Shown here: in pieces, positions 63,643 to 64,000 of the stretch
Numbering within the stretch: position 1 is the first letter of the stretch
Layout of the letters: each line of letters opens with the position of its first letter
Notes under the pieces: model-generated
What the model was told of the DNA's origin: nothing
Database searches by the model: none
Seen by the model: the letters and a program-made list of their open reading frames with translations, nothing else
Translations under genes and position numbers: made by a program
From: Nitrospinota bacterium
GTDB taxonomy: Bacteria > Nitrospinota > Nitrospinia > Nitrospinales > VA-1
DNA length: 64,000 bases
Assembly: GCA_028345515.1 (NCBI GenBank)
Contig: JAOMDP010000012.1
Location: 462 to 64,461, forward strand
Reading direction: 5' to 3'

Positions 63643-63900
63643 CGCCCGCCTCGCCAGTGTTGCGTGCTTGCATACCAAAAACGGACTTTCGCCGTAAGGC
63701 AATAGACCATGCTGGTATGACAGGTGCCCCTGACAGGCCTTAAGTCAAAATCCGAACCTACGATTAATATTGGGTAAGGCCGCAAACCATTCCAATACTA
63801 TTCGAGATCCTTTTCTAACCGATGGGGTAGTTCCGGTTCTGGCAAGTCTCCTCTTGATGAGTTGTACAATAAGGCCCAAACAGCATGCCGCTGGCGGGCG
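63643..63900 (-). ncRNA. Candidate structured RNA element (unknown class)
   Basis: GC-rich intergenic segment closed by CGCCCGCC/GGCGGGCG, with several internal stems and a T10 tail on the minus strand. Confidence 0.5.
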
Positions 63901-63911
63901 CGGTTCGTTGT

Positions 63912-63998
63912 TTAAATCATCTTACTGACATTTTGTCCGCGTTCTGTTTCTACCGCCGTAGCATTTTTCGTACTCTTCTCTACTAAAGTCTCTCTATG
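63912..63998 (-). CDS. 3' end of a gene entering from beyond the window (probably flagellar locus)
   Basis: Open frame ...ETLVEKSTKNATAVETERGQNVSKMI* with stop at 63912. Confidence 0.55.
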   Translation of the reverse strand, partial: HRETLVEKSTKNATAVETERGQNVSKMI

Positions 63999-64000
63999 TT

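Noticed and set aside
63643-63900. RNase P, tmRNA, SRP, cobalamin or c-di-GMP-I riboswitch
   Set aside because: Only short partial resemblances (gaaagtcc, gtcaggggcacctgtc, gcaaaccattc); the required companion motifs are absent

Overview
AT-rich bacterial chromosomal window, mostly housekeeping genes. The gene style suggests a marine Nitrospina-like (Nitrospinota) or deltaproteobacterial-type organism; this is inference, not proven. In order: an SGNH protein, a duplicated-domain hypothetical, TPR and FGE-like lipoproteins, class II B12-dependent ribonucleotide reductase (nrdJ) with tandem NrdR boxes, a transglutaminase-like protein and guaBA. Next is a decayed integration hotspot at the guaA 3' end (integrase stub, two att-like copies of the guaA terminus, surface-glycan cargo, a tRNA-Glu fragment). 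It is followed by a DAB/MpsAB-type inorganic carbon transporter cluster with an extra degenerate antiporter-like subunit and a P-II-like gene, then a Sel1 protein, an aldolase/SDR fusion and purSQLF. The rest comprises UPF0182, a redoxin, a radical SAM pair (one lacking its Fe-S motif), mpl, HAD, PfkB kinase, dacB, pepF, valS with a RomR-like regulator, a degenerate PHP-SH3 protein, ABC-F, two peptide permeases, Nif3, SDR, aroD-aroE and the end of a flagellar cluster. The best candidates for novelty are a ~260-nt multi-stem RNA-like element upstream of fliD, the four-gene DAB variant, and the active/dead radical SAM pair. Family assignments come from motif recognition; no searches were run.
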